64,000 bases of DNA from Candidatus Kapaibacterium sp. Lineage in GTDB: Bacteria > Bacteroidota > Ignavibacteria > Palsa-1295. The translations under genes were made by a program, and so were the position numbers. Shown piece after piece: positions 37,275 to 46,528 of this stretch; the stretch's first letter is position 1; every line of letters starts with the position of its first letter. The stretch covers positions 1,218 through 65,217 of the forward strand of contig JBBQGG010000007.1 in assembly GCA_038322815.1 (NCBI GenBank). The letters are read 5' to 3'. Below the pieces are notes generated by a model. That model did not search any database, was not told the origin of the DNA, and worked only from the letters and a program-made list of their open reading frames with translations.

Positions 37275-39326
37275 ATGTCAAAAACAAAATCTTCATTTAA
37301 TCTCGACTGGAAAAACGTTACCCGTACCGTACTCACTTCGCGTGCAATCGATAAGATCGAAGAGACTGAGCTTGTGCCGAAAGGACTTGTTACCTATCAG
37401 TTCTCCGCATGCGGTCATGATATGATCCAGGCGATTCTATCGGATTGTATTAATCATGAGCATGACGGAGCAACAGTTTATTACAGATCACGTCCATTTG
37501 TTTTAGGGCAAGGTCTGACTGCCGAAGAATCAATGGCAGCTTCAATGGCACGAAGCGGCGGAATTCACGGAGGACGCGATATTGGAGTAGTACATTTTCT
37601 AAGGTCTCGAGGAAAAGCTACTGTCCTTCCGGCTTCCGGTGATGTCGGAGCGCAATACTCTCCTGCTATCGGTTGGGCACAATCGGTTCAATATTTTGCA
37701 AATGTATTAAGCAATGATTCATATAAAGGTGCTATTGCTGTCGCGCTCGGCGGCGATGGCTCGACTGCTGCGAATGGATTTTGGGCAGCACTTAATGCTG
37801 CGACGACGCAGAAACTTCCTCTGCTTTTTTTCATAGAAGATAATGGGTACGGAATTTCGGTAACAAGTGATTTCCAAACTCCGGGACAGAACATCGCAAA
37901 AAATCTCGGCTCTTATACCAATCTCAAGATCTATGATTGCGATGGCACCGATCCAGAAATTGCTTCGAAGAATATTCTTGATGCAGTCGAATATACTCGT
38001 TCATGGCAAGGTCCGGCATTGATACGAATGACGATCCCAAGACTTTCCGGTCATTCATTCGTTGATACACAATCATATAAATCACTTGAGCTTTTAAAAA
38101 CTGAAAGAGCAAACGACCCACTTCCGAAATTAGAAAAATATTGTATTGCAAATAAAATATTTTCTAAAAAGAAATGGGATGCATTTGTTATCGAAGTTGA
38201 AACAGATGTCAACGCTGCTCGTGATAAAGCTCTTGATTCTCCACAGCCTGATCCATCCACCGTTCTCGATCATGTTTTCTCTGCAAGGCCTGTCGAGATA
38301 AATTCTACAAAAGAAGAAGGCATCAGAATGAATCTGCAGGATGCCGTTCGTAAAACTTTAGAAGTCGAACTTGCAAAAAATCCGAAGCTGCTTATTTTCG
38401 GCGAAGATGTCGGCGCTAAAGGCGGCGTGCATGGAGCGACGGTTGATCTGCAAGTCAAGTTCGGCAAAGACCGTGTGTTCGATACATCGTTATCCGAAGA
38501 AGGTATTATCGGCAGAGCTGTCGGTATGGCATTTGCAGGACTGATGCCTGTTCCGGAAATTCAATTCCGGAAGTACGCCGATCCGGCAACTGAGCAGATC
38601 AATGATTGCGGCACAGTTCGCTGGCGGAGTAAATCCCAATTCGCTGCGCCGATGGTCATCAGAATTCCGGCAGGCTATGCGAAGAAGACAGGTGATCCGT
38701 GGCATTCGGTTTCTGCTGAATCTGCTTTTGCTCATCAGATTGGCTGGCGTATTGCATTTCCATCGAATGCCGAAGATGCTGTGGGCTTGCTTCGCACTGC
38801 GCTTCGCGGTGACGATCCCACATTTTTCTTCGAGCATCGTGCCCTGCTCGATACCCCTCCCGGCAGAAAAAATTATCCTGGCGATGAATTTATGGTGCCG
38901 TTCGGCAAAGCACGAATTGTTCAGGAAGGAAAAGATCTCACCATCGTAACATGGGGAGCAATGGTTGAGCGAGCAGTGCTAGCAGCAGAGTCATTTGTGA
39001 ATACAGTGGGGCGGACTCTTAGTTCGCCGGTCAGCATAGAAATTCTCGATCTTCGCACGATCATCCCGTGGGATAAAGAATCCGTTTTAGAATCTATCAA
39101 AAAAACCAACCGCGCCATAATCCTCTGCGAAGATAACTGGACATGCAATTTCGCCGCTGAGATATGCGCAACCGTCACTCAAGAAGCATTTGAATATCTC
39201 GATGCTCCGATCGAACGTATTGCAACACCCGATGTTCCGATACCATATAATGTAGGTCTGATGAATGCAGTACTGCCGGGAGCGGAAGAAATTGGGGCGG
39301 CGATAGAGAGAATAATGAAGTTTTGA
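37275..39326 (+). CDS. 2-oxoacid dehydrogenase E1 component, fused alpha/beta subunits (TPP-dependent)
   Basis: 683 aa. The N-terminal half is E1-alpha-like with the TPP-binding GDG motif (GGDGSTAANGFWAALN). The C-terminal half is transketolase-like E1-beta (FGEDVGAKGGV...). Confidence 0.85.
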   Translation: MSKTKSSFNLDWKNVTRTVLTSRAIDKIEETELVPKGLVTYQFSACGHDMIQAILSDCINHEHDGATVYYRSRPFVLGQGLTAEESMAASMARSGGIHGGRDIGVVHFLRSRGKATVLPASGDVGAQYSPAIGWAQSVQYFANVLSNDSYKGAIAVALGGDGSTAANGFWAALNAATTQKLPLLFFIEDNGYGISVTSDFQTPGQNIAKNLGSYTNLKIYDCDGTDPEIASKNILDAVEYTRSWQGPALIRMTIPRLSGHSFVDTQSYKSLELLKTERANDPLPKLEKYCIANKIFSKKKWDAFVIEVETDVNAARDKALDSPQPDPSTVLDHVFSARPVEINSTKEEGIRMNLQDAVRKTLEVELAKNPKLLIFGEDVGAKGGVHGATVDLQVKFGKDRVFDTSLSEEGIIGRAVGMAFAGLMPVPEIQFRKYADPATEQINDCGTVRWRSKSQFAAPMVIRIPAGYAKKTGDPWHSVSAESAFAHQIGWRIAFPSNAEDAVGLLRTALRGDDPTFFFEHRALLDTPPGRKNYPGDEFMVPFGKARIVQEGKDLTIVTWGAMVERAVLAAESFVNTVGRTLSSPVSIEILDLRTIIPWDKESVLESIKKTNRAIILCEDNWTCNFAAEICATVTQEAFEYLDAPIERIATPDVPIPYNVGLMNAVLPGAEEIGAAIERIMKF

Positions 39327-39418
39327 AGAAGTGAGGTAACAATAATTGACCTATGTTAATGATGCACAGGCAACTTCCCCTGGATTTAGTTGTACTAATG
39401 GGATGTAAGGAATGTCAG

Positions 39419-39450
39419 TATAGCAGCCATAAAATTTTATGGCTGCTATA
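39419..39450. terminator. perfect 32-nt palindrome between convergent genes (candidate bidirectional terminator)
   Basis: TATAGCAGCCATAAAA/TTTTATGGCTGCTATA, a 16-bp perfect inverted repeat with no spacer. Lies between the E1 (+) and ytxH-like (-) stops. Confidence 0.45.
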
Positions 39451-39458
39451 ATATTGAT

Positions 39459-39719
39459 TTATCTTTTAGCTCTTGAAGACTTCGCTACTGCTTTCACTGT
39501 TTTAGCGGCAGACTTTTTTACCGGTTTTGAGGCGGTCTTAATTGTCTTCTTCAATTTATTGGTTGATTTCAAAAGCGAAGTAACGCCATCAGAGGCATCC
39601 TTCATCATTTTCTTGCCTTTTTTTGTTGAATAAAGTGCGGCAGCACCTGCTGCTACTGCTCCAACTGCTGTTGCAACGATCTTTCCGGTATTCGATTTTT
39701 TCTTTGTGAAGATACTCAT
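39459..39719 (-). CDS. YtxH-like small basic protein (Lys/Ala-rich)
   Basis: 86 aa with an N-terminal GAVAAGAAALYSTKKGKK segment (YtxH/DUF948-like) and a Lys-rich tail. Confidence 0.45.
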   Translation of the reverse strand: MSIFTKKKSNTGKIVATAVGAVAAGAAALYSTKKGKKMMKDASDGVTSLLKSTNKLKKTIKTASKPVKKSAAKTVKAVAKSSRAKR

Positions 39720-39910
39720 AATTGTATGGATATTGTTTATCTGTATTTATACGCTATTAAAGGACATACAGATTCCTTTTTTCAAAAAAACTGTCTTTTC
39801 AACGAATATTAAGTATGATCTCCACTGATCAGGAGATGTTTCAAATCTAATAAACGAGTAGCAATTCAAAAATTCCTTGCCTATTAATAAGCAGACCAAA
39901 ATCGCTACTT

Positions 39911-41143
39911 TTACTGGCTCACAATCATTTGCTTCTCAATTCCATCCGCTGTCCGGATGATACAAAAATAAACTCCTTTGGTTAAAAGAGAGCCATCTAA
40001 TTCATAGAAATGATCACCCGTTTCAAGTTCGCCGGAATAAAGATGAGCACATCCCTTTCCGAGAAGATCAATAATTTTCACATCAACAAATTGTTTTCTG
40101 GAAGTAGAAAAAGCTATTGTTGTTTGGGTAGAAAATGGATTTGGATAATTAGGATATAGCACAAGTCCTTGCCCTATGCGGGGCTTCTGATCTACAGTGT
40201 TAAGTTGATTAAGAGGGTATCGCCAAATACCAATGGTATCTGTAGCGGCGAAGAGGTATTTATCATTCAATGTCAACGACCCAATATCTAAATCGGGCAA
40301 ATTGTGAGCCAGTGACTTCCAGGTAGTATCTGAATCATTTAATCGGTAAACTCCGCTTCTTAAAGTACCCACAAAAAGAGTGGTTCCATTTGTTACAAGC
40401 GTTCTAATTATTGTATCACCCAAGCCCGAATTGTGTTGGACCCAAGTCACGCCCTCATCGCTTGAACTGAAGACACCTCTTGAAGTTCCTGCGTAAATAT
40501 CAGGTCCTTTCCGAACCAAAAAAATAGCACCAGTATTTTTTAGATTATTCTTTAAAGAAATCCAGCTTGCTCCGGAGTCGGAGGAGACAAATAATCCGCT
40601 GTCAGTCCCTGCAAGCAAACGGTTACCAATAGGTAGGATTCCACGTGTAGGCCTCTATTGCGGTAATCCTGTCGACACCATCCAACTATCGCCGAAATTT
40701 AGAGATCGAACGGCACCACCAAATTGAGAAAACGCAAAGATGATTTTTCCGCTTACCCCAAGCCACCAAGTGTACATATATTTACTGCCCTTTAAGCCAT
40801 TATTCACAGCGCTCCACGTGTCTCCATGATCAGTCGATCGATTAACCCCACCAGCATCAACTCCTGCAAAAAGCAACGTATCTACTTGAGCAAGTGCATA
40901 TACACCTGTGCCTCTCGGGCCATTCGAAGTCGTCCACGAGTCGCCATCATCAGTAGATCTATATACGTTGCTGCTTGTCGCGTACAGATTAGAACCAAAT
41001 GAGGCCAGAATTTGAACGCTAGGTCTAGGATTATTCACAGGGCTCCATTGCCCTTTGATATCTTCAGTTACCCACGTCGAAGCAGCGATAATACAGACAA
41101 AAAGTATATGTTTCATATTCGTAAAACGCTTACCATATGGCAA
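39911..41143 (-). pseudogene. BNR/Asp-box repeat protein with T9SS C-terminal domain, split by an in-frame TAG at 40655..40657
   Basis: ORFs 40655..41143 and 39911..40618 are in the same frame. Read-through gives ...STGLPQ*RPTRGILPIGNRLLAGTDSGLF... Repeated S.D.G.TW motifs sit on both sides. Signal peptide at the 5' end and a Por secretion tail at the 3' end. Confidence 0.6.
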
Positions 41144-41195
41144 AGTTACAAACTAATGAACGAATACAAACAGTTTTCCGTCGTATTTTTGCATT

Positions 41196-43328
41196 ATGAC
41201 TCTAAAAACCGGCATCTTTATCATCGTGCTTCTGGTCGCCTTTGGCGGTATTATTTATAATAGCCGCAGGCTGCTGGATTTTTTGCGTGTGGGCAAGTGG
41301 GTCAATCGCTTCGATAATATCCCCGAGCGGCTGCGGCGGACCTTTGTTATTGCTATCGGGCAATCGAAGATCATGCGCGATCCGGTTGCAGGTCCTATCC
41401 ATGCATTCATCTTCTGGGGATTTCTCGTTCTCGTTTTTGCTGTGATCGAATCCATCGGCGAAGGACTTCTCGGACGCTTCTCTCTTTCATTCCTTGGCGG
41501 GCTGTATTCGGTCATTACCGTATCTCAGGAAATTTTTATCGCTCTCATTATCGTATCGGTTTTTATTGCTCTCTGGCGTCGTCTGGTTTCGAAGGTCAAG
41601 CGCTTACAAGGCGATGAACATGAGAAAAAAGATGCGCAGCTTATTTTATATACCATCACGCTGATCGTCGTTGCGCTGTTGATAACCAATGCAACGCGCA
41701 TTGCAACAGGAGGAATTTATCCGCATGAAGTTCGTCCGCTTGCAAGCTGGCTTGCGGGTTTTATGTGCCCATGCGATAAGACTCTCGTTTGGTATGAAGG
41801 ATTCTGGTGGGTGCATATCGTTGCCGTGCTTGGCTTCATGAATTACCTGCCGTATTCGAAACATCTGCATGTGATGACAAGCATTCCGAATGTGTATTTA
41901 TCCGACTTAAAAAAGAAAAATTATCTTAAGCCGATCAACTTCGAAGATGAAACACTCTCGCAATATGGTGCGAAAGATATTGAGGACCTGACATGGAAGC
42001 AATTGCTCGATGGCGATACATGTACGCATTGCGGAAGATGCACATCGGTTTGTCCGGCGAATATCACAGGCAAGGTTCTTGATCCAAGATATATCATTAT
42101 TGCTACGCATCAAAGGATGCTGGATAAAGCTCCGTATAAAATTGCTGAAGGCGCGTACGGATTTGAATCATGGGAAGATGCGATCGCAGGGAAGCCGGGT
42201 ATTACGAACCACGAACCACAAACCACGAATCACGAAACCGCCGGTACGCTTTTAGGAATGAAAGCGAACCTGACGCAGGAAGAAGTATCAAATAAAAACT
42301 TCATCGGCGACTATATTCCTCAAGAAATGCTCTGGCAATGCACAACTTGCCAGGCATGTATGACAGAATGTCCCGTGATGATCGAGCATGTTGATGAGAT
42401 CGTCGATCTGCGCCGCAACTTAGTAATGATGGAAGCAAGCTTTCCGCCTGAATTGCAATCCGCATTCAGTTCTATGGAAAATAATTATTCGCCGTGGGCA
42501 TTCTCGCCAAGTGAGCGCGCCGACTGGTCGCATGGGATGGGAATTGAGACAATGGCGGAATACACGTCGACAGTTAACAGTAAACAGTTGACAGAGAAAG
42601 AAGATGTGATTCTCTTTTGGGTAGGATGTGCGGGATCTTTCGATGCTCGTGCGAAAAGCATTACGAAAGCATTTGCCGAGCTTATGCAAATTGCGAAGAT
42701 CAATTTCAAAATTCTCGGTACGGAAGAAAAATGCACCGGCGATCCGGCTCGCAGAATGGGAAATGAATACCTGGCTCAGACGTTGATCAAAGATAACATC
42801 GAAACGCTGAACCGTTACAATATTAAGAAGATCGTTACGACCTGTCCGCATTGCTTCAATGCCATCAAGAATGAATGGGGAGATTTTGGCGGCAATTATG
42901 ACGTCGTGCATCATACAGAATATGTGAACGAACTTCTTGCAAGCGGAAGTCTTGTGATAACCAAAGATCTCGAAGAACGAGTGACGTATCATGATTCCTG
43001 CTACCTCGGAAGATCAAATAATATTTACGATGCTCCGCGAGCAACGCTTGAATCCATTCCGGGACTTGAGATCATCGAAATGGATCGCAGTAAATCCAAA
43101 GGTCTCTGCTGCGGCGCCGGCGGCGGACAGATGTGGATGGAAGAAACGCAAGGCAAACGCATCAACATCGAACGCACCGAAGAAGCACTTGCAACTGAAG
43201 CAAATACTATCGCTTCAGCATGCCCATTCTGTATGACAATGATGACCGATGGTGTCAAAACAAAAGAGCAATCAGAAAATGTGCGAGTGCGGGATATTGC
43301 AGAGATATTGCTGGAGGTGGTGAGGTAA
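41196..43328 (+). CDS. membrane-bound HdrDE-like (Fe-S)-binding oxidoreductase: NarI/HdrE-like heme-b TM domain fused to an HdrD-like domain with two [4Fe-4S] motifs and two CCG motifs
   Basis: N-terminal ~250 aa with 5-6 TM helices and conserved His. Then CTHCGRCTSVCP and CTTCQACMTECP ferredoxin motifs. Then CCG-type cysteine clusters (CPHCFN, CCGAGGG, ACPFC). Confidence 0.8.
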   Translation: MTLKTGIFIIVLLVAFGGIIYNSRRLLDFLRVGKWVNRFDNIPERLRRTFVIAIGQSKIMRDPVAGPIHAFIFWGFLVLVFAVIESIGEGLLGRFSLSFLGGLYSVITVSQEIFIALIIVSVFIALWRRLVSKVKRLQGDEHEKKDAQLILYTITLIVVALLITNATRIATGGIYPHEVRPLASWLAGFMCPCDKTLVWYEGFWWVHIVAVLGFMNYLPYSKHLHVMTSIPNVYLSDLKKKNYLKPINFEDETLSQYGAKDIEDLTWKQLLDGDTCTHCGRCTSVCPANITGKVLDPRYIIIATHQRMLDKAPYKIAEGAYGFESWEDAIAGKPGITNHEPQTTNHETAGTLLGMKANLTQEEVSNKNFIGDYIPQEMLWQCTTCQACMTECPVMIEHVDEIVDLRRNLVMMEASFPPELQSAFSSMENNYSPWAFSPSERADWSHGMGIETMAEYTSTVNSKQLTEKEDVILFWVGCAGSFDARAKSITKAFAELMQIAKINFKILGTEEKCTGDPARRMGNEYLAQTLIKDNIETLNRYNIKKIVTTCPHCFNAIKNEWGDFGGNYDVVHHTEYVNELLASGSLVITKDLEERVTYHDSCYLGRSNNIYDAPRATLESIPGLEIIEMDRSKSKGLCCGAGGGQMWMEETQGKRINIERTEEALATEANTIASACPFCMTMMTDGVKTKEQSENVRVRDIAEILLEVVR
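42204..42239 (+). repeat. imperfect heptamer tandem repeat (ACGAACC x5) inside the HdrDE-like CDS
   Basis: ACGAACCACGAACCACAAACCACGAATCACGAAACC encodes TNHEPQTTNHET. Confidence 0.6.
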
Positions 43329-43331
43329 ATT

Positions 43332-43856
43332 ATGAATAAATACTACGCTCATAAACTTTCATCGGGCAATAATAATGTAGTGGTTGCGCTTTCGGATTCC
43401 GAATGCGGGAAATTATTTTCCGGTGATACCAGAAGCGATATTGGTTCGGAAGCTGAGAAAATGAGATTCGCTAATTCCATTAATGAACTCGTTGTCAAAT
43501 TCAAGCGTCTGGAATATAATGAAGCATCACAATCGGAAATGCTCGTTATGGAGAGGCTTTACCCTCTTGATTATCGCAGTTATGAAGTAGGAAAGCGCGA
43601 GATCATTTTTGAAGTATTTGAAGACGAATTACTTCAATTACATAAAGCCGGTTTTGTGCACCATGATATAAAGCGTCCAATGGGGGAAAGCGGTGAAGTG
43701 TATGACAATGTATTTTTGACGAATAAAGGAATTCGGCTTATTGACATTGGTATATCTATATTGCGCTCTCAGGTTGGAGATAAACTTTTCGACCGCTACC
43801 TCGCAGAAGAACGAAAAGAGATAGAAGAATTCAAGAAATATTTTATCGGACGGTAA
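43332..43856 (+). CDS. small protein-kinase-like fold protein (RIO/Bud32/Kdo-kinase-like catalytic core)
   Basis: 174 aa. LHKAGFVHHDIKRP...NVFLTNKGIRLIDIG resembles a kinase catalytic loop (HxDxK..N) plus a DFG-like DIG. Starts 4 nt after the HdrDE-like stop. Confidence 0.4.
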   Translation: MNKYYAHKLSSGNNNVVVALSDSECGKLFSGDTRSDIGSEAEKMRFANSINELVVKFKRLEYNEASQSEMLVMERLYPLDYRSYEVGKREIIFEVFEDELLQLHKAGFVHHDIKRPMGESGEVYDNVFLTNKGIRLIDIGISILRSQVGDKLFDRYLAEERKEIEEFKKYFIGR

Positions 43857-43944
43857 AGACGATGAAATATTTCTCATCAAGTTTTATTAAACATTTCCTT
43901 GACTGAATGTGTCTATAAGGTAGTAGACAATCATTACCGGAAAA

Positions 43945-44310
43945 ATGAAAACGAAATATTTTTATTTATTATTTGTATTTACTTTTGCTCTGTTCTTAAA
44001 TAGCTGCGGGCCATCTCTTGAGGAGCAGCGTACCGAGATCGAAACCTCAATGAAAAGCTGGATCGGGAAATCCGAGACCGAGCTTGTTGCGAAATGGGGA
44101 CCGCCATCGAATACGTATAAACTTCCTGATGGAGGCCGCGAGTTAACGTATGTTTACAGGCATTCATCTTCCTCGCCGGGTTATGCGTGGAGAGATTACT
44201 GGGGGAATCTGCATTTTTCGCGTCCGCACCGGAATCAATCGAAAACCGAGCGTGGTTTTACGATTGATCAAGCAGGCACGATCATCGCATATCGGTGGGA
44301 CGGGTTTTAG
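43945..44310 (+). CDS. hypothetical lipoprotein
   Basis: Lipobox FLNSCG. No family recognised. Confidence 0.4.
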   Translation: MKTKYFYLLFVFTFALFLNSCGPSLEEQRTEIETSMKSWIGKSETELVAKWGPPSNTYKLPDGGRELTYVYRHSSSSPGYAWRDYWGNLHFSRPHRNQSKTERGFTIDQAGTIIAYRWDGF

Positions 44311-44381
44311 CAGATAACTTTTTTGCTCGTTCGGAAGTTGTAAAGGAGAGTTTAAACTCTCCTTTACTTTTATATACGTAA

Positions 44382-44771
44382 ATGTCATTTACTCAAGAAG
44401 ATCTTCGCAAGCGGCTTACGCCGGAGCAATATCATGTCACGCAGGAAAAGGGCACTGAGCGCGCTTTTACCGGCGAGTATTGGGATAATCACGAGCGCGG
44501 AATGTATCATTGTATTGTCTGCGATACTCCGCTTTTTGCTTCGGAAGCAAAGTTCGAATCCGGCTGCGGCTGGCCGAGTTTTTATCAGCCTACAAAAGAT
44601 GTTATCGTAAAACAGACGAGTGATAAAACATTCTTCATGGAGCGCACGGAAATTACTTGTGCCACTTGCGGCGCGCATTTAGGTCATGTCTTTGATGACG
44701 GACCTAAGCCTACAGGACTTCGCTATTGTATCAACTCCGCCTCACTTAAATTTGTACCCAATGGCGACTGA
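44382..44771 (+). CDS. msrB: peptide-methionine (R)-S-oxide reductase
   Basis: Two CxxC pairs ([25 protein letters not shown]) and an RYCINSASL catalytic region. Confidence 0.9.
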   Translation: MSFTQEDLRKRLTPEQYHVTQEKGTERAFTGEYWDNHERGMYHCIVCDTPLFASEAKFESGCGWPSFYQPTKDVIVKQTSDKTFFMERTEITCATCGAHLGHVFDDGPKPTGLRYCINSASLKFVPNGD

Positions 44772-45750
44772 ACTAAGCGGAAAAATGCAAAAAAAATTGC
44801 CGGAGCTTGCACCCGAGCTTGGATATGGCACGCGTGCGAGCAAAAGTCATCAAAGGCTGGTCAATCCGGATGGCTCTTTCAACGTTCGCCGTAAAGGCGA
44901 ACGGAAACTGACGCTTGCTGACGCCTACCACACTCTTATTATGCTGGGCTGGTGGAAATTCTTCGGAATAATTCTCGTAGGTTTTGTAGTAATAAATTTT
45001 ATTTTTGGCACGATCTATTACTTGATCGGCACAGAACATCTCATGGGAATCATCGGGGATTCCGCTTCTGATAAATTTTGGGAGTCGTTCTTTTTCAGTT
45101 CGCAGACCCTCACTACCGTTGGTTATGGAAGGATGAGCCCCGTTGGATTTGGAGCAAGTGCTGTAGCTGCAATTGAATCGGCTGTGGGATTACTTTCCTT
45201 CGCTCTTTCGACGAGTTTATTGTGGGGACGTTTCTCACGTCCAACGACAAAAGTGATCTATTCTGCGAATATACTTGTCTCCCCATATCGCGGAGGCAAA
45301 GGGGTAATGTTCCGTGCGATAAATAGCGGTCGGTCGCGTCTTATTGAAATAGAAGCCGATGTGACGATGGCGAGAACAGAAATGATCGAGGGCAAAGAGC
45401 AGCGCCGGTTCTATAAGCTCAAGCTCGAACTTAACCGGGTCAGCGTACTTCCGACAAACTGGACACTCGTTCATCCTATCACTGAAGAAAGCCCGTTTTA
45501 TGGCCGTTCAAAAGAAGATGTAACTCAGGAAGAGACGGAAGTTCTTGTCATGCTAAAGGCATTCGATGAAACATACTCGCAGACCGTGTATTCCCGCACA
45601 TCCTATAAATCACATCAGATCGTTACTGGAGCAAAATTTATTCCGATGATCGAAGATGGTGATGATGGTAGTATCATACTTGATATGGATAGATTAAATG
45701 CTTATGAGACTGCAGATCTGACGGAGGATCTTACTTTGTCATCTCCATAA
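44761..45750 (+). CDS. inward-rectifier-type potassium channel (KirBac family)
   Basis: TTVGYG selectivity filter, two TM helices flanking a pore helix, a KirBac-like N-terminal slide-helix region ([20 protein letters not shown]), and a C-terminal cytoplasmic Ig-like domain. The ATG at 44761 overlaps the msrB 3' end by 11 nt; the ORF track start at 44686 would overlap more. Confidence 0.8.
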   Translation: MATELSGKMQKKLPELAPELGYGTRASKSHQRLVNPDGSFNVRRKGERKLTLADAYHTLIMLGWWKFFGIILVGFVVINFIFGTIYYLIGTEHLMGIIGDSASDKFWESFFFSSQTLTTVGYGRMSPVGFGASAVAAIESAVGLLSFALSTSLLWGRFSRPTTKVIYSANILVSPYRGGKGVMFRAINSGRSRLIEIEADVTMARTEMIEGKEQRRFYKLKLELNRVSVLPTNWTLVHPITEESPFYGRSKEDVTQEETEVLVMLKAFDETYSQTVYSRTSYKSHQIVTGAKFIPMIEDGDDGSIILDMDRLNAYETADLTEDLTLSSP

Positions 45751-46393
45751 CTTCATCAACTAATTTTTTTATTCCTTCAAACACTTCGTTGATCGGAGCG
45801 GCGTCATACATATACGCAGGGGTCGTTACGATCTTATTATTTGTATCTATGTGAATTTCGTTTGGCTTCGTTACAAAATGTGTATGTCCTAATTTTCTCA
45901 TCTCTTCGGCTTCATTGCCATCAGCGCCAAGTGTGAGTTCCAGTTTTTTTCCTTTTAATACAAGTCCGATCAGCGCAGGAGCAATACAAATAGCTCCGAT
46001 TGGTCTTCCATCGGAATGTATTGCAGAAATTTCATTTTGTAATTCTTTATAAAGAATTATACCGCCTGCTCCTTCTGCTACGAACGTACAAAGATTTTTT
46101 GCAACTCCGAAACCGCCAGGCATGATCAAGCCGTCGTAATCGTGATCCGGTAACGATGTAAGAGGTTCGATCTTTCCGCGTGCAATGCGTGCAGCCTCTG
46201 CAAGTATATTGCGCGTTTCACCGGTAGCTTTACCGGAGTAATGATTCATCACAATGGTCTGCGCTTGATCAGGTGCAAATATCTTTACCTCAACCTCATG
46301 CTGTGAAAGCGCCCAAAGTGTTGCAACGGATTCGCGAATTTCAGCGCCATCAAGGTATCCGCAGCCGGATAAAACTACTGCAATTGATTTCAT
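45731..46393 (-). CDS. elbB: DJ-1/PfpI superfamily protein (ElbB-like glyoxalase)
   Basis: MKSIAVVLSGCGYLDGAEI N-terminus and a conserved Cys in the ICIAPAL region. The start at M11 is preferred over the ORF-track start. Confidence 0.7.
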   Translation of the reverse strand: MKSIAVVLSGCGYLDGAEIRESVATLWALSQHEVEVKIFAPDQAQTIVMNHYSGKATGETRNILAEAARIARGKIEPLTSLPDHDYDGLIMPGGFGVAKNLCTFVAEGAGGIILYKELQNEISAIHSDGRPIGAICIAPALIGLVLKGKKLELTLGADGNEAEEMRKLGHTHFVTKPNEIHIDTNNKIVTTPAYMYDAAPINEVFEGIKKLVDEVMEMTK

Positions 46394-46528
46394 CTGATCT
46401 TTTATTCGTTCAATTATATACAAAAATACTACTATAGAACAAAAGGCATGGATTTTATCGAGAATTAATAGAATCCAAATGACTGTTCATAAATCCTAGT
46501 ACATATTTTTATTACCGAAGGGATTACC

